A stretch of 64,000 bases of DNA from the NCBI GenBank assembly GCA_017538365.1, contig JAFYIZ010000012.1, forward strand, positions 60,920 to 124,919, given 5' to 3'. This document shows, piece by piece, positions 40,064 through 49,604 of the stretch. The notes below the pieces were generated by a model. The model worked only from the letters and a program-made list of their open reading frames with translations. It had not been told where the DNA came from and did no database searches. Every line of letters begins with the position of its first letter. The first letter of the stretch is position 1. Origin of the DNA: a bacterium (lineage in GTDB: Bacteria > UBP6 > UBA1177). A program made the position numbers and the translations under genes.

Positions 40064-40600
40064 CTAATAAGCCCTGTTGGAGCGCACAAGCGGAATCGTC
40101 AGAGCGTTGCAGTTATCATCGAAACCTGCACTGCTGCTGTTAGTGCATGGATATTCACCGTGTCCCATTTTGGGCCAGTAAACGGAAACCTCGATCTGAT
40201 AAAGAGTCGAAAGATAAGTTCCCGGCTGCACATAAGTTCCTGTCGCCATTGAATAAGGCGCTATAACAATGTTTCTGTAAAATGCGTAACTTGCCGAACC
40301 GGTCATATAGAAAGGACTTATCCTGTAATTTGCTCCTAAATACTTGTCATTCTGCAGAGTGCTTTCCTGAAGATTGACAACGGAACCTGTTCCTGCCAGT
40401 TCTTTAAACGAATCATAGGACATCGAATTGAATTCCTCAACAAGGTTAAAAGCAAGCGCGTGGGCAAACTGAGCTGATTCGTTTTCAAATAGAACTGACA
40501 TCGAATGAGCATGAAACGCCATATAGCCGAGCATCGAAGTCGTGAAAATGAAAATCGAAACCATAACTTCTATCAGTGTAAAAGCTCTGTTTTTTCGCAT
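40064..40600 (-). CDS. PilV-like minor pilin
   Basis: MRKNRA|FTLIEVMVSIFIFTTSMLGYMAF. 178 aa. Confidence 0.6.
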   Translation of the reverse strand: MRKNRAFTLIEVMVSIFIFTTSMLGYMAFHAHSMSVLFENESAQFAHALAFNLVEEFNSMSYDSFKELAGTGSVVNLQESTLQNDKYLGANYRISPFYMTGSASYAFYRNIVIAPYSMATGTYVQPGTYLSTLYQIEVSVYWPKMGHGEYPCTNSSSAGFDDNCNALTIPLVRSNRAY

Positions 40601-40608
40601 ATTCCCTC

Positions 40609-41373
40609 CTACATATCAAGCAGCACTGCACTTGAACCGGCAAAATCGCTGTAATCGACCGAAGTTTTGTCGGAAAAAAGAGTACATATCGAATACTCGC
40701 CTCTCTGGTCTATATCGAGACGATACCAAATCGAATCATTGGAACCTGACGAAACTTTCGAACGGACAATGGCTGAAAAAACAATATTAGGAAGAGTATT
40801 TTTTGCAACTGCGCTACCGCACTTGCCATACTCAGAATCGGCACCACTAACGAAGTATCCGCCTTTAGTTTTTACCTTTCCGTTTGAATTGAAGTTCAGA
40901 AGATTACCGAAATTGGTCGTCGAAGCCGACACATCGGTACCATTGACCTTTTCTATCGTAATCGTGTTCAAGAGGTTGTTTTTTTTCAGCATGAGCGCGC
41001 TAGCATCCCATGTCGAAGTATCCATCGACTGCTTCTGATAAATCGCATACTCCGATTTTCTGAAGACCATTGCCGTCTGACGGCGGACACCCATGTAAAC
41101 AGGCATTGTAGCAGCACCTTCCGAATCGTCATCGACATTTACCGGAATATTGATGCTGTTGTTTCCGGTACCAACGACCGTGTAACCTGCAACCGATCTC
41201 GCCTTGGAAAAATCGGAAAGGAGCTCCATAACCGTCTGCAAACCGCGGTTTCTGGCATTCCAGACCTGAACCCTGGGAACCGAGACAGTTGCGATTATCG
41301 TCATAATTCCCAAAGCAATCATCAACTCAATCAGTGAAAAACCGTTTGTCTTTCTCACGTCAGCCTCCGTCAA
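40609..41373 (-). CDS. FimT/FimU (GspH-like) minor pilin
   Basis: NG|FSLIELMIALGIMTIIATVSVP prepilin motif. First gene of the minus-strand pilus string. Confidence 0.6.
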   Translation of the reverse strand: MTEADVRKTNGFSLIELMIALGIMTIIATVSVPRVQVWNARNRGLQTVMELLSDFSKARSVAGYTVVGTGNNSINIPVNVDDDSEGAATMPVYMGVRRQTAMVFRKSEYAIYQKQSMDTSTWDASALMLKKNNLLNTITIEKVNGTDVSASTTNFGNLLNFNSNGKVKTKGGYFVSGADSEYGKCGSAVAKNTLPNIVFSAIVRSKVSSGSNDSIWYRLDIDQRGEYSICTLFSDKTSVDYSDFAGSSAVLLDM

Positions 41374-41573
41374 ATATCACTTAATTTTTTTATTAAATAA
41401 CAAAATAATTGTCGTCCGCCTGTGTAGAAAAGAACCATAAAAAACAGCCGAAAAAGTACGTCTGTGTAGATTCGTACCATGTTTTTAAAATAAAATCAAG
41501 AATTTAAGTGATTTTTTATTTTTTTGCTTTTCGGCATATTTTTTTGCTGTTTTTTTATGATTTTTTGTTGATT

Positions 41574-44168
41574 TTATCTTTTTTCCTGAATTTCCTTCCG
41601 GTATTCGCTTGGAGTTTTTCCGGTCCATTTCTTGAAAATCGGATTGAATGTGCTCTTCGATTTGAAACCGGCTTCGTAAAGAAGTTCAAGAACGCTTTTA
41701 TCGTCGAATTTGGGATCGCGCATCATCGCAACGACATCTTCCAATCGGTATGAATTGACGAAACTATAAAAACTCTGACCGAGGTATCCGTTCAAAACAT
41801 AAGAAAGAGTATTTGCCGAAAGTTTCAGTTTTTTTGCAAGCATCGGAAGCGTAAGGTCAGGATTTTTATAAAGTTTTTCTTTTTCCATCAGATCAGCAGC
41901 CTCTTTCGCATAGACCGCCGCAATCTCGTCGTCAAGCTGATAACCTTCATACTTCTGCTTTTCTTCCGTCTCATCTACCACCGGATCAAAAAGATCCTGG
42001 TCTCCTTCCCCTCGCCACTCTGGAGAGGGGTCAGGGGTGAGGTCTTCTCCCCTCGCCGCACCGGAGAGGGGTTCGGGGTCAGGTTCTTCCTCACCTTGCC
42101 ACTCTGGAGAGGGGTCTGGGGTGAGGTCTTCTCCCCTCGCCGCACCGAAGAGGGGTTCGGAGTGAGGTCTGCGAGGTCTCTTAACCACAAAAACCGCAAT
42201 AAGCGCCGCCGAAACGGCCAAAATCACAAAAATCCAGGAATAATTTGATTTTTCTTCGTTTTTCACAATAATAGCTGCACTTTCTTCAGGTGCAACCGAA
42301 TCGAATCTGACAGATTTTCTTCCCTCTTTCTTTAAAACCGCAATTCCTTCGAGAGTCGGAAACCACAAATCGCCGTTTCTGCGCTTCAAAACCGAAGGCT
42401 GCACACCGCCAGTCGACTCAGGTCTGCGAATTCCGTCAGCAGCTCCTGAAAGATTGCAGAAAACCGATTCATTTTCAGCAGTTGCAGCTTTCAAAACAAG
42501 TGATTGAGGCAGAGAAAAAAGCCCTTTCGTACTTGAAAACCAGAGATTTCCGTCGTCATCCGGAACTATTCCCAGAACCGTGTCGCTGCACAAACCTTTC
42601 CTTGAATCGATGCGGAAAATTTTCTGATTTTTGTCAATCAGAATAAGCCCGCTGTTCATCGTGCCGAACAAAACATTTCCGTTTCCCGCAGGATAGACCG
42701 AAACAGGCATATCTGAGGCAAGTTCCCGATTTATTTCATGAAATTCATCATTTTCATCAAGCTGCCAAATTCCTTTTGAAGAGGCGAACCAAAGGTTTCC
42801 GGCATCATCTTCGGCAATGGAAGAGACAAAATCTGAATCGTCACCGAATTTGCGCAGAAGATGCCACCCTTTAGCCGTGTTCAGGTATATAGCTCCTCCC
42901 CCGCCGCCAGCCCACAGACGCGATTTTCTGTCGAGGAAAATGACACCGGCTGCGTTAACAGGGAGATTGTTTTCGCTTTTCATCTTCTTGAAAACATTGG
43001 GTTTTTCAGGCGAGAAAGAAATTATTCCGCTTGGAGTTCCGACAAGAATCCGGCCGTCTTCATTCTGGAAGAGTCCGCCGACAAAACGCCCGATATCCCC
43101 TTTTCTGTCACGGAGATATTTGAATCTGCCGTTTTCGTAATAAAAAAGACCGCCGCCGCGCGTTCCGGCCCAGACTCTGCCCGAATCATCTTCAAGAAGA
43201 GCATAGACTTTTTCCGAAAAAAGCCCCGATTCGCGCCCCAAAGTTATGAATTTTCCAGGATAAAACAGCTTTATTCCGCGGCTTCCGGCCAACCAGAGAA
43301 AATCGCCGTCAATCTTCACTTTGGCGACATTTTCGGAATCGCGGCACAACTCTCCGCAGGGTGTCACGACACCGTTTTCGGCAAAAAAGAGTTTTCCGCC
43401 GGCCGCAAAAGCTATTGTTTTTGAATTGAAATCAAGCGAAACAACTGCATCACGAGTTTGAATCTGAAATAATTTCGAGCACTTGCCGTTTCCAACCTGA
43501 AAAATTGCCCCGTCTTTAGTGCCGACAAGAATTCTGCCGTTTCCTGCAGCTCCGCTTTTGATTTCAGAGCGGTTCGCGGAACATAAATTTTCAGAAAAAG
43601 TGCCGTCCGAATAAGATCTGACAGATCCGTCTGAAAAACCTGCGAAAAGTGTCTGACCGTCTGAAAAAAGTAGCGAAACAGATGCGTTTTCCGTTTGCAA
43701 CCTGCTTATTTTATTATCTTTTATCAAATAAATTCCTTTTTCATCCGCTGCAAAAAGAGTACAGTCATCAAGAGATTCGACATCAAAAAAAGCATGTGAT
43801 TTTGCAACCGGTTTCGAAGAGATTCCCGAACCTGATATTTCAGAAATTCCTGTGGCGGTAGCAACGAAAACTTTGCCGTTACAACCTGACAAATCATTAA
43901 TTTTATTGTTCAAAATCGACGGTTTCGTATTTGTTGCAAAAAATTTCGAAGAGTTTGAATCGATTCTCGCAAGACCTTCCGCACTTCCAGCCCAGACCAG
44001 ACCGGATTCATCGCGGTAAAACGAAGTTACATTGCCGTGCGGCAGATCGGCTGGCGCATTCCAGGAACGTGAGGCGAAATGGGAAAAATCGGAAAACGAA
44101 AATTCATCCGCCGAAATTTCCGACGGAATCAAAAACAAAAATATGAAGCATAAAAAAAGCACAAACAT
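41574..44168 (-). CDS. Periplasmic ligand-binding beta-propeller (two-component-regulator-propeller / Y_Y_Y-like) sensor fused through one TM helix to an AraC-family HTH DNA-binding domain
   Basis: N-terminal signal. Repeated WAG/WFA propeller blades. TM helix YSWIFVILAVSAALIAVFVV. C-terminal AraC HTH (…SYRLEDVVAMM…GFKSKSTFNPIFKKWTGKTPSEYRK). Confidence 0.75.
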   Translation of the reverse strand: MFVLFLCFIFLFLIPSEISADEFSFSDFSHFASRSWNAPADLPHGNVTSFYRDESGLVWAGSAEGLARIDSNSSKFFATNTKPSILNNKINDLSGCNGKVFVATATGISEISGSGISSKPVAKSHAFFDVESLDDCTLFAADEKGIYLIKDNKISRLQTENASVSLLFSDGQTLFAGFSDGSVRSYSDGTFSENLCSANRSEIKSGAAGNGRILVGTKDGAIFQVGNGKCSKLFQIQTRDAVVSLDFNSKTIAFAAGGKLFFAENGVVTPCGELCRDSENVAKVKIDGDFLWLAGSRGIKLFYPGKFITLGRESGLFSEKVYALLEDDSGRVWAGTRGGGLFYYENGRFKYLRDRKGDIGRFVGGLFQNEDGRILVGTPSGIISFSPEKPNVFKKMKSENNLPVNAAGVIFLDRKSRLWAGGGGGAIYLNTAKGWHLLRKFGDDSDFVSSIAEDDAGNLWFASSKGIWQLDENDEFHEINRELASDMPVSVYPAGNGNVLFGTMNSGLILIDKNQKIFRIDSRKGLCSDTVLGIVPDDDGNLWFSSTKGLFSLPQSLVLKAATAENESVFCNLSGAADGIRRPESTGGVQPSVLKRRNGDLWFPTLEGIAVLKKEGRKSVRFDSVAPEESAAIIVKNEEKSNYSWIFVILAVSAALIAVFVVKRPRRPHSEPLFGAARGEDLTPDPSPEWQGEEEPDPEPLSGAARGEDLTPDPSPEWRGEGDQDLFDPVVDETEEKQKYEGYQLDDEIAAVYAKEAADLMEKEKLYKNPDLTLPMLAKKLKLSANTLSYVLNGYLGQSFYSFVNSYRLEDVVAMMRDPKFDDKSVLELLYEAGFKSKSTFNPIFKKWTGKTPSEYRKEIQEKR
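42005..42170. repeat. In-frame tandem duplication (2 x ~80 bp) within the regulator gene. Each unit contains two cccctcgcc…ggagagggg hairpin-capable inverted repeats.
   Basis: Direct DNA repeat. Encodes PLFGAARGEDLTPDPSPEWQGEE / PLSGAARGEDLTPDPSPEWRGEG in the linker between the TM helix and the AraC domain. Confidence 0.7.
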
Positions 44169-44238
44169 GGCGGCATTGTAAAAATCTGATTTTTTTTGGC
44201 AAGTTTTGTTTCCGCCTTTCTGCCGCCGTTGATCTTGT

Positions 44239-44312
44239 CGGAATCACGGGATTTAGGAATTCCGGTTGCCGCCGTCGGGATCACGGAATATCGGGATCTC
44301 GGAATCACGGTA
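44239..44312. promoter_or_regulatory. Cluster of direct repeats (TCACGG / CGGGATC / GGAAT units) in the divergent intergenic region between the AraC-type regulator and the lipoprotein operon. Candidate operator.
   Basis: ggaatcacggg … cgggatcacggaatatcgggatctcggaatcacgg. The 14-mer ggaatatcgggatc also occurs at 12317-12330. Confidence 0.35.
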
Positions 44313-44413
44313 TTATTGCGGCGGCACAAATGAAAAAAATTGGACAACCCAATTTTTTTCACTAAAATCTGTTGGTTTTTTAAAATTTAATTGGTTTTTT
44401 ATAGGAGTTTCCG

Positions 44414-47400
44414 ATGAAGATTTTCAAAATTTTGATTTGTGTTGCGTTTGTTCTTGTTGTTTCAGCGTGTCACGACAAAGACAAAACCATTTACGTGTAT
44501 CCCGATGACGACCCTACAACTGCTGAAAAAGGGAATATCGGTGATCCGTGCGAAAAAAACGACGACTGCAAAGACGGTCTTCTCTGCATTGACAAAGTGT
44601 GCAGCGAACCTGTCAAAGATGAAGACTCCACCGACGATTCAGACGAAAATCCCGTCGATGATAAAGACGATACAGACACCACTCCGACGGATGATGCCGA
44701 TTCGGATACGAACGATCCTGACATCACTCCGACTGATGATGATGCCGATACAGACTCAACCGATGAAGACGAACCTGAAGACTCCGACACTCAGCCTGAT
44801 GAAGACAAAGACATTCCGGAATACATTCCCGAATGCGGCAACGGTCTCCGAGATCCGGGAGAAGAGTGCGACAACGGTCTTGAAAACAGCGACGAACCCG
44901 GAATTCCGGGAATCACCTGCCGAACCACATGTCTTCTTGCAAGATGCCAGGATGGAATCGTCGATACCGGTGAAATCTGCGACGACGGAAATGCGTCTGT
45001 AGGCGACTACTGCACTCCTGACTGCCAGGCCGTAACGGGTTACTGCGGCGACGGTATTCAACAAGCGAATGAAACATGCGATCCTGGTATCGACCCGTAC
45101 TGTAACGACAACTGTTCAGGAATCGCAGGATACTGCGGCGACGGCATAAAACAGCCGCATGAGATATGCGACAAAGCCGAACCGGGAGAACTCGGCGGCG
45201 AAGGCATCGGACCTTATTACTGCAGCGTAAACTGTAAAAATATAATAGGCTCGTGTGGTGACGGAGAACTTCAGCTCAACGAAGCATGCGACAACGGCAG
45301 CAACAACGGCCGTTATGGTTACTGCAACTCGACATGTACCGGCAAAGGTCCGCGCTGCGGAGACGGAAGAATCGACATCGGACATGAAACATGCGATGAC
45401 GGAAATACCAGGGACGGAGATTACTGCTCAGCCGACTGCAAGACTTCATTCGGTTCATGCGGCGACGGCAAAATACTGCAGGGTTTCGAAGCATGCGACA
45501 AAGCAAATTACGGCGACGGCGTCGGTGCGTACTGCTCAGCCGACTGCAGACAACTTTACGGAAAATGCGGCGACGGAACCATCAATCCTGAAGCCGGCGA
45601 AGAATGCGACGATGGAGCGAACAACAACCAGACATACTGTCCTTACGGTCAGGAAAGCTGTACTCTCTGCTCTCCGGTATGCAGACATACTCCCGGAAAC
45701 CCGAGATACTGCGGAGACGGCGTTGTCAGCACACAGGCTGGCGAAGCATGCGACAAGGCTACATTCGGTGCCGGAACCGGACCTTACTATTGCTCTGCAA
45801 ACTGCACTGAAGTCATCGGCTATTGCGGCGACGGTATAAAACAGCCCAACGAGACGTGTGACCCGGGTATAGATCCTTACTGCTCCTCTGACTGCAAAAA
45901 ATCGGAAGGTTCATGCGGCGACGGAATAAAAAACGGCAATGAAGACTGCGATTCAGGCGCTGAAAACGGAAACCCGGACTGCGCTTACGGACTTAAAAGC
46001 TGCCAAGTCTGCACAACTTCATGTACTCTCAAAGACGGAATTCCGCATTATTGCGGCAACAAAAAAATAGATGAAGGTGAAGCATGTGACGACGGCAGCG
46101 AAAACGGACAATACGGCAAATGCAAAACAGGCTGCTTAGCTTTGGGACCGCGCTGCGGAGACGGTATAACCCAGAGTGAGTACGGCGAAATCTGTGACAA
46201 CGGCTTATATAACGGAACTTACTATGATTATTCGCCTGGATACTGCAACAGCGACTGCAAAGGACAGGGAGAAGGCGGTTACTGCGGCGATGGAATACAG
46301 CAGCTTCCGGAAGAATCATGCGATGATGGTCCTGAAAACGGACAATACGGCAAATGTCAGGCGGGTTGCCATGATATCGGTCCGCATTGCGGTGACGGAC
46401 ATATTGACGAAAGCGAAGGAGAAGTTTGCGACGACGGCGAACTTAACGGACAATACGGCAAATGCAAAACAAACTGCTCAGGGTTGGGACCGCGTTGCGG
46501 CGACGGTATAATAAACGGTTCTTCCGAAACATGCGACAACGGCGATGACAACGGAAAAACAGAATGTGATTACGGCGAAACAAGCTGCCAAGTCTGCACA
46601 AACGAGTGTAAACTGGCTGACGGAACAACAGCTTACTGCGGTGACGGAATAAGAAACGGAACTGAAGCATGCGACGAAGGTGACGACAACGGTCAGATTC
46701 CATGCGCTTACGGGCAAACAAGCTGCAAGGTATGTTCTACAAGATGCCGCCTTGTAAACGGAAATACTTCATACTGCGGCGATGGAAACCGAGACCCAGA
46801 ACACGAAGCATGCGACGAAGGGGCAAACAATGGAAGCTACAATGCGCCGTGCGATCTGGAATGTGCTGGCGTTCCGCCGAAATGCGGTGACGAAAATATT
46901 GATACAGCATTCGGCGAAATCTGCGACGACAAAGAAAACAACGGAAAATACAAATTCTCAGAGCCTGGATACTGCAACGGCAACTGCCAAGGCTACGGCG
47001 AAGGCGGTTACTGCGGCGACGGCATAAGAAACGGCACCGAAATCTGTGATGCCGGCACACTCAACGATGACTACAACGCTACATGTGACACAAGCTGCAG
47101 CGGAACTCCGGCATACTGCGGTGACGGAAATATCGATACAGAATACGGTGAAACCTGCGATGACGGTGAACTTAACGGACAATACGGCAAATGCAATTTA
47201 ACATGTTCCGCTATATCCGAATGCGGTGACGGAATACAACAACTGCCGGAAGAATCATGCGATGACGGCGAAGAAAACGGGCAATACGGCAAATGCAAAA
47301 CTGATTGTTCAGGTTTAACTGCATACTGCGGAGACGGAACAATAGATGCAGGACACGAAGCCTGCGATGACGGTGAACTTAACGGAAGCTACGGACACTG

Positions 47401-49594
47401 CAAATTAGACTGTGAGGGATCTATGCCGAAGTGCGGTGACGGAAATATCGACGGCATATACGGCGAAATCTGCGACGACGGCGAAGAAAACGGGCAATAC
47501 GGCAAATGCAATTTAAGATGTTCCGCTATATCCGAATGCGGTGACGGAATACAACAGCTGCCGGAAGAATCATGTGATAACGGTCCTTTAAACGGCACTT
47601 ATCAAAACTGCAGAGAAGACTGTTTAGGAATTACAGGCTATTGCGGCGACGGACATCTGCAGAAAGAATCATGCGGCGACGAAGCAGGCTGCGAAGAAAT
47701 CCGCGAAGCTGATGAAGAGTGCGATAGAGGATATTTGAACGGCAACACATCATGCGAATACGGAGAAGAAAGCTGCTATGTCTGCACAAACAACTGCAAA
47801 ATAACCACGGGAACGACAACTTCATACTGCGGTGACGGAAGCATTGACAGCGAACACGGTGAGCTCTGCGACGACGGTGAAGAAAACGGACAATTCGGCA
47901 AATGTGACGAAAACTGCCGGGAAACGGTAACTTGGAAATGCGGCGACGGAAACACTGATTATCTTCATGACGAAATCTGCGATGAAGGTACCGGTGTAAA
48001 CGGAACCTATCAGATGTCTGCTCCCGGTCACTGCAATTCAAACTGCAAAGGATACGGAGAAGGCGGTTACTGCGGCGATGGAATACAACAGCTTCCGGAA
48101 GAAACATGTGATGACGGCAGCGATAACGGAACACCCGGTTTCTGCAACGAAACATGTGACGCTCTGGTCCCTGCATGCGGTAACGGAATTGTTGAAGAAG
48201 GCGAATATTGCGACGAAGGTGACGACAACGGTCTATATTATGGTCACTGCGACTCGTTCTGCTCGTCTACAACTTGGAACGGATCTTGCGGCGACGGAAT
48301 TGTACAGAAGGCAACCGATGAAGAGTGTGCCGCCTTTGTTGCGGCAAACGGTATCGCCCCTGAACTCTGCAAAGTCGTAAGTTTCAAGCTTGGAGAGCCA
48401 TCCGAGGTCTGCGATGAAGGCGAAGACAACAACGGCTATCACGGTCACTGCAACACAACATGTGATGGCACTTCTTCATGCGGAGACGGAGTTATCGGCA
48501 AAGACGAACTCTGTGATATAGACAGTAGTCCTACCCCTACGGTAAAATTCTTTACAGAAGAATCTTCTATCTCATGCAACACTTTCGCGCAGTTCTCAAG
48601 CGGCACAATAACTGAATGCAACAGCGAATGTATGCCAGTCTTCTCAGTGTGTACCTACACAACTTCCTATACAAGTCCTTTCTTCGAAACAGGGCAGACA
48701 AAGCGCTACAACAATTCAGGTGAACTGCAGACAATTCCTGACGAAAGCGATAACTTCTACGGTCAGGAGCCGGATTTCCACTACACCGCACATGAATTTG
48801 TACCTATCGCCGGAGGAGCTGTAGTAAGAGAAAATGTTTCAGGACTTATGTGGCAGGCTGACACTCCTGAGTATTACGGATTTGAGAAGGATGTTGATTA
48901 TATCGTTTATTCCTGCGCTCTTCCCGGCGCATGCACATTAAATGAAGCAAAGACCTACTGCGCCGACTCATATATCGGTGAATACAACAGCTGGAGACTG
49001 CCGACCGTTTCCGAACTCTCGACTATCGTAGACTACTCTGACAGTAAGCATATTTATTCCGACTTCTTCACGCGTACAGACGGCAACTACTGGACACAAG
49101 AGGGACTTCTCTTCTCGTCAGACGACGGAACATTCTCTGTTGCATCCCCTGACACGCCGGCAGAGATAAAATGTGTCCGTTCTAAAGATGCACACTGTCC
49201 TATATGCAGCCACGACTTTACTGTTCTGGACTACTCTCATGCACTTATCACCACTTTAAACGAAGAAGAATTTGTATTCTGGTATTTTGACAATGCGGCA
49301 AGTGCAGTCACATGGGAAGACGCTCTTGTATTCTGCAAAGAACTCGGCAACAACGAATATGGCAACAACAACGGCATAAACAATATGAGACTGCCGACTG
49401 TAAACGAGCTTATATCGCTGTATGACGGAGAAAACGGCATTTCTCTGATACCTGGATTCGCAGAAAAGGCTTGGACTTCGACGACTTTGAGCACAGATTT
49501 TACTCAGGCTTATGTTGTTGACTTCTCGAATGGAAGTGTTGTAACAGACACAAAAACAAACGCTAGCAACAATCATGTAATTTGTGTTGAATAG
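44414..49594 (+). CDS. Giant lipoprotein (1726 aa): acidic disordered linker, about 27 Myxococcus-type cysteine-rich repeats (TIGR02232-like), two C-terminal DUF1566 domains
   Basis: Lipobox MKIFKILICVAFVLVVSAC. Repeats …YCGDGI…E.CDDG.ENGQYGKC. Motifs SWRLPTVSELSTIVDYSD and MRLPTVNELISLYDG. Ends …HVICVE. Confidence 0.8.
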   Translation: MKIFKILICVAFVLVVSACHDKDKTIYVYPDDDPTTAEKGNIGDPCEKNDDCKDGLLCIDKVCSEPVKDEDSTDDSDENPVDDKDDTDTTPTDDADSDTNDPDITPTDDDADTDSTDEDEPEDSDTQPDEDKDIPEYIPECGNGLRDPGEECDNGLENSDEPGIPGITCRTTCLLARCQDGIVDTGEICDDGNASVGDYCTPDCQAVTGYCGDGIQQANETCDPGIDPYCNDNCSGIAGYCGDGIKQPHEICDKAEPGELGGEGIGPYYCSVNCKNIIGSCGDGELQLNEACDNGSNNGRYGYCNSTCTGKGPRCGDGRIDIGHETCDDGNTRDGDYCSADCKTSFGSCGDGKILQGFEACDKANYGDGVGAYCSADCRQLYGKCGDGTINPEAGEECDDGANNNQTYCPYGQESCTLCSPVCRHTPGNPRYCGDGVVSTQAGEACDKATFGAGTGPYYCSANCTEVIGYCGDGIKQPNETCDPGIDPYCSSDCKKSEGSCGDGIKNGNEDCDSGAENGNPDCAYGLKSCQVCTTSCTLKDGIPHYCGNKKIDEGEACDDGSENGQYGKCKTGCLALGPRCGDGITQSEYGEICDNGLYNGTYYDYSPGYCNSDCKGQGEGGYCGDGIQQLPEESCDDGPENGQYGKCQAGCHDIGPHCGDGHIDESEGEVCDDGELNGQYGKCKTNCSGLGPRCGDGIINGSSETCDNGDDNGKTECDYGETSCQVCTNECKLADGTTAYCGDGIRNGTEACDEGDDNGQIPCAYGQTSCKVCSTRCRLVNGNTSYCGDGNRDPEHEACDEGANNGSYNAPCDLECAGVPPKCGDENIDTAFGEICDDKENNGKYKFSEPGYCNGNCQGYGEGGYCGDGIRNGTEICDAGTLNDDYNATCDTSCSGTPAYCGDGNIDTEYGETCDDGELNGQYGKCNLTCSAISECGDGIQQLPEESCDDGEENGQYGKCKTDCSGLTAYCGDGTIDAGHEACDDGELNGSYGHCKLDCEGSMPKCGDGNIDGIYGEICDDGEENGQYGKCNLRCSAISECGDGIQQLPEESCDNGPLNGTYQNCREDCLGITGYCGDGHLQKESCGDEAGCEEIREADEECDRGYLNGNTSCEYGEESCYVCTNNCKITTGTTTSYCGDGSIDSEHGELCDDGEENGQFGKCDENCRETVTWKCGDGNTDYLHDEICDEGTGVNGTYQMSAPGHCNSNCKGYGEGGYCGDGIQQLPEETCDDGSDNGTPGFCNETCDALVPACGNGIVEEGEYCDEGDDNGLYYGHCDSFCSSTTWNGSCGDGIVQKATDEECAAFVAANGIAPELCKVVSFKLGEPSEVCDEGEDNNGYHGHCNTTCDGTSSCGDGVIGKDELCDIDSSPTPTVKFFTEESSISCNTFAQFSSGTITECNSECMPVFSVCTYTTSYTSPFFETGQTKRYNNSGELQTIPDESDNFYGQEPDFHYTAHEFVPIAGGAVVRENVSGLMWQADTPEYYGFEKDVDYIVYSCALPGACTLNEAKTYCADSYIGEYNSWRLPTVSELSTIVDYSDSKHIYSDFFTRTDGNYWTQEGLLFSSDDGTFSVASPDTPAEIKCVRSKDAHCPICSHDFTVLDYSHALITTLNEEEFVFWYFDNAASAVTWEDALVFCKELGNNEYGNNNGINNMRLPTVNELISLYDGENGISLIPGFAEKAWTSTTLSTDFTQAYVVDFSNGSVVTDTKTNASNNHVICVE

Positions 49595-49604
49595 GAGATT
49601 TACC

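Noticed and set aside
41975-42199. Minus-strand 74-aa ORF covering the tandem repeat
   Set aside because: It is the same frame and strand as the 864-aa regulator gene, an internal segment picked up by the ORF finder, and not a separate gene.
44491-49494. Antisense and alternate-frame ORFs within the 1726-aa lipoprotein gene (for example 47631-48176 minus, 45255-45839 plus)
   Set aside because: Same reasoning. They are products of the repetitive GC-rich Cys-repeat coding sequence read out of frame.
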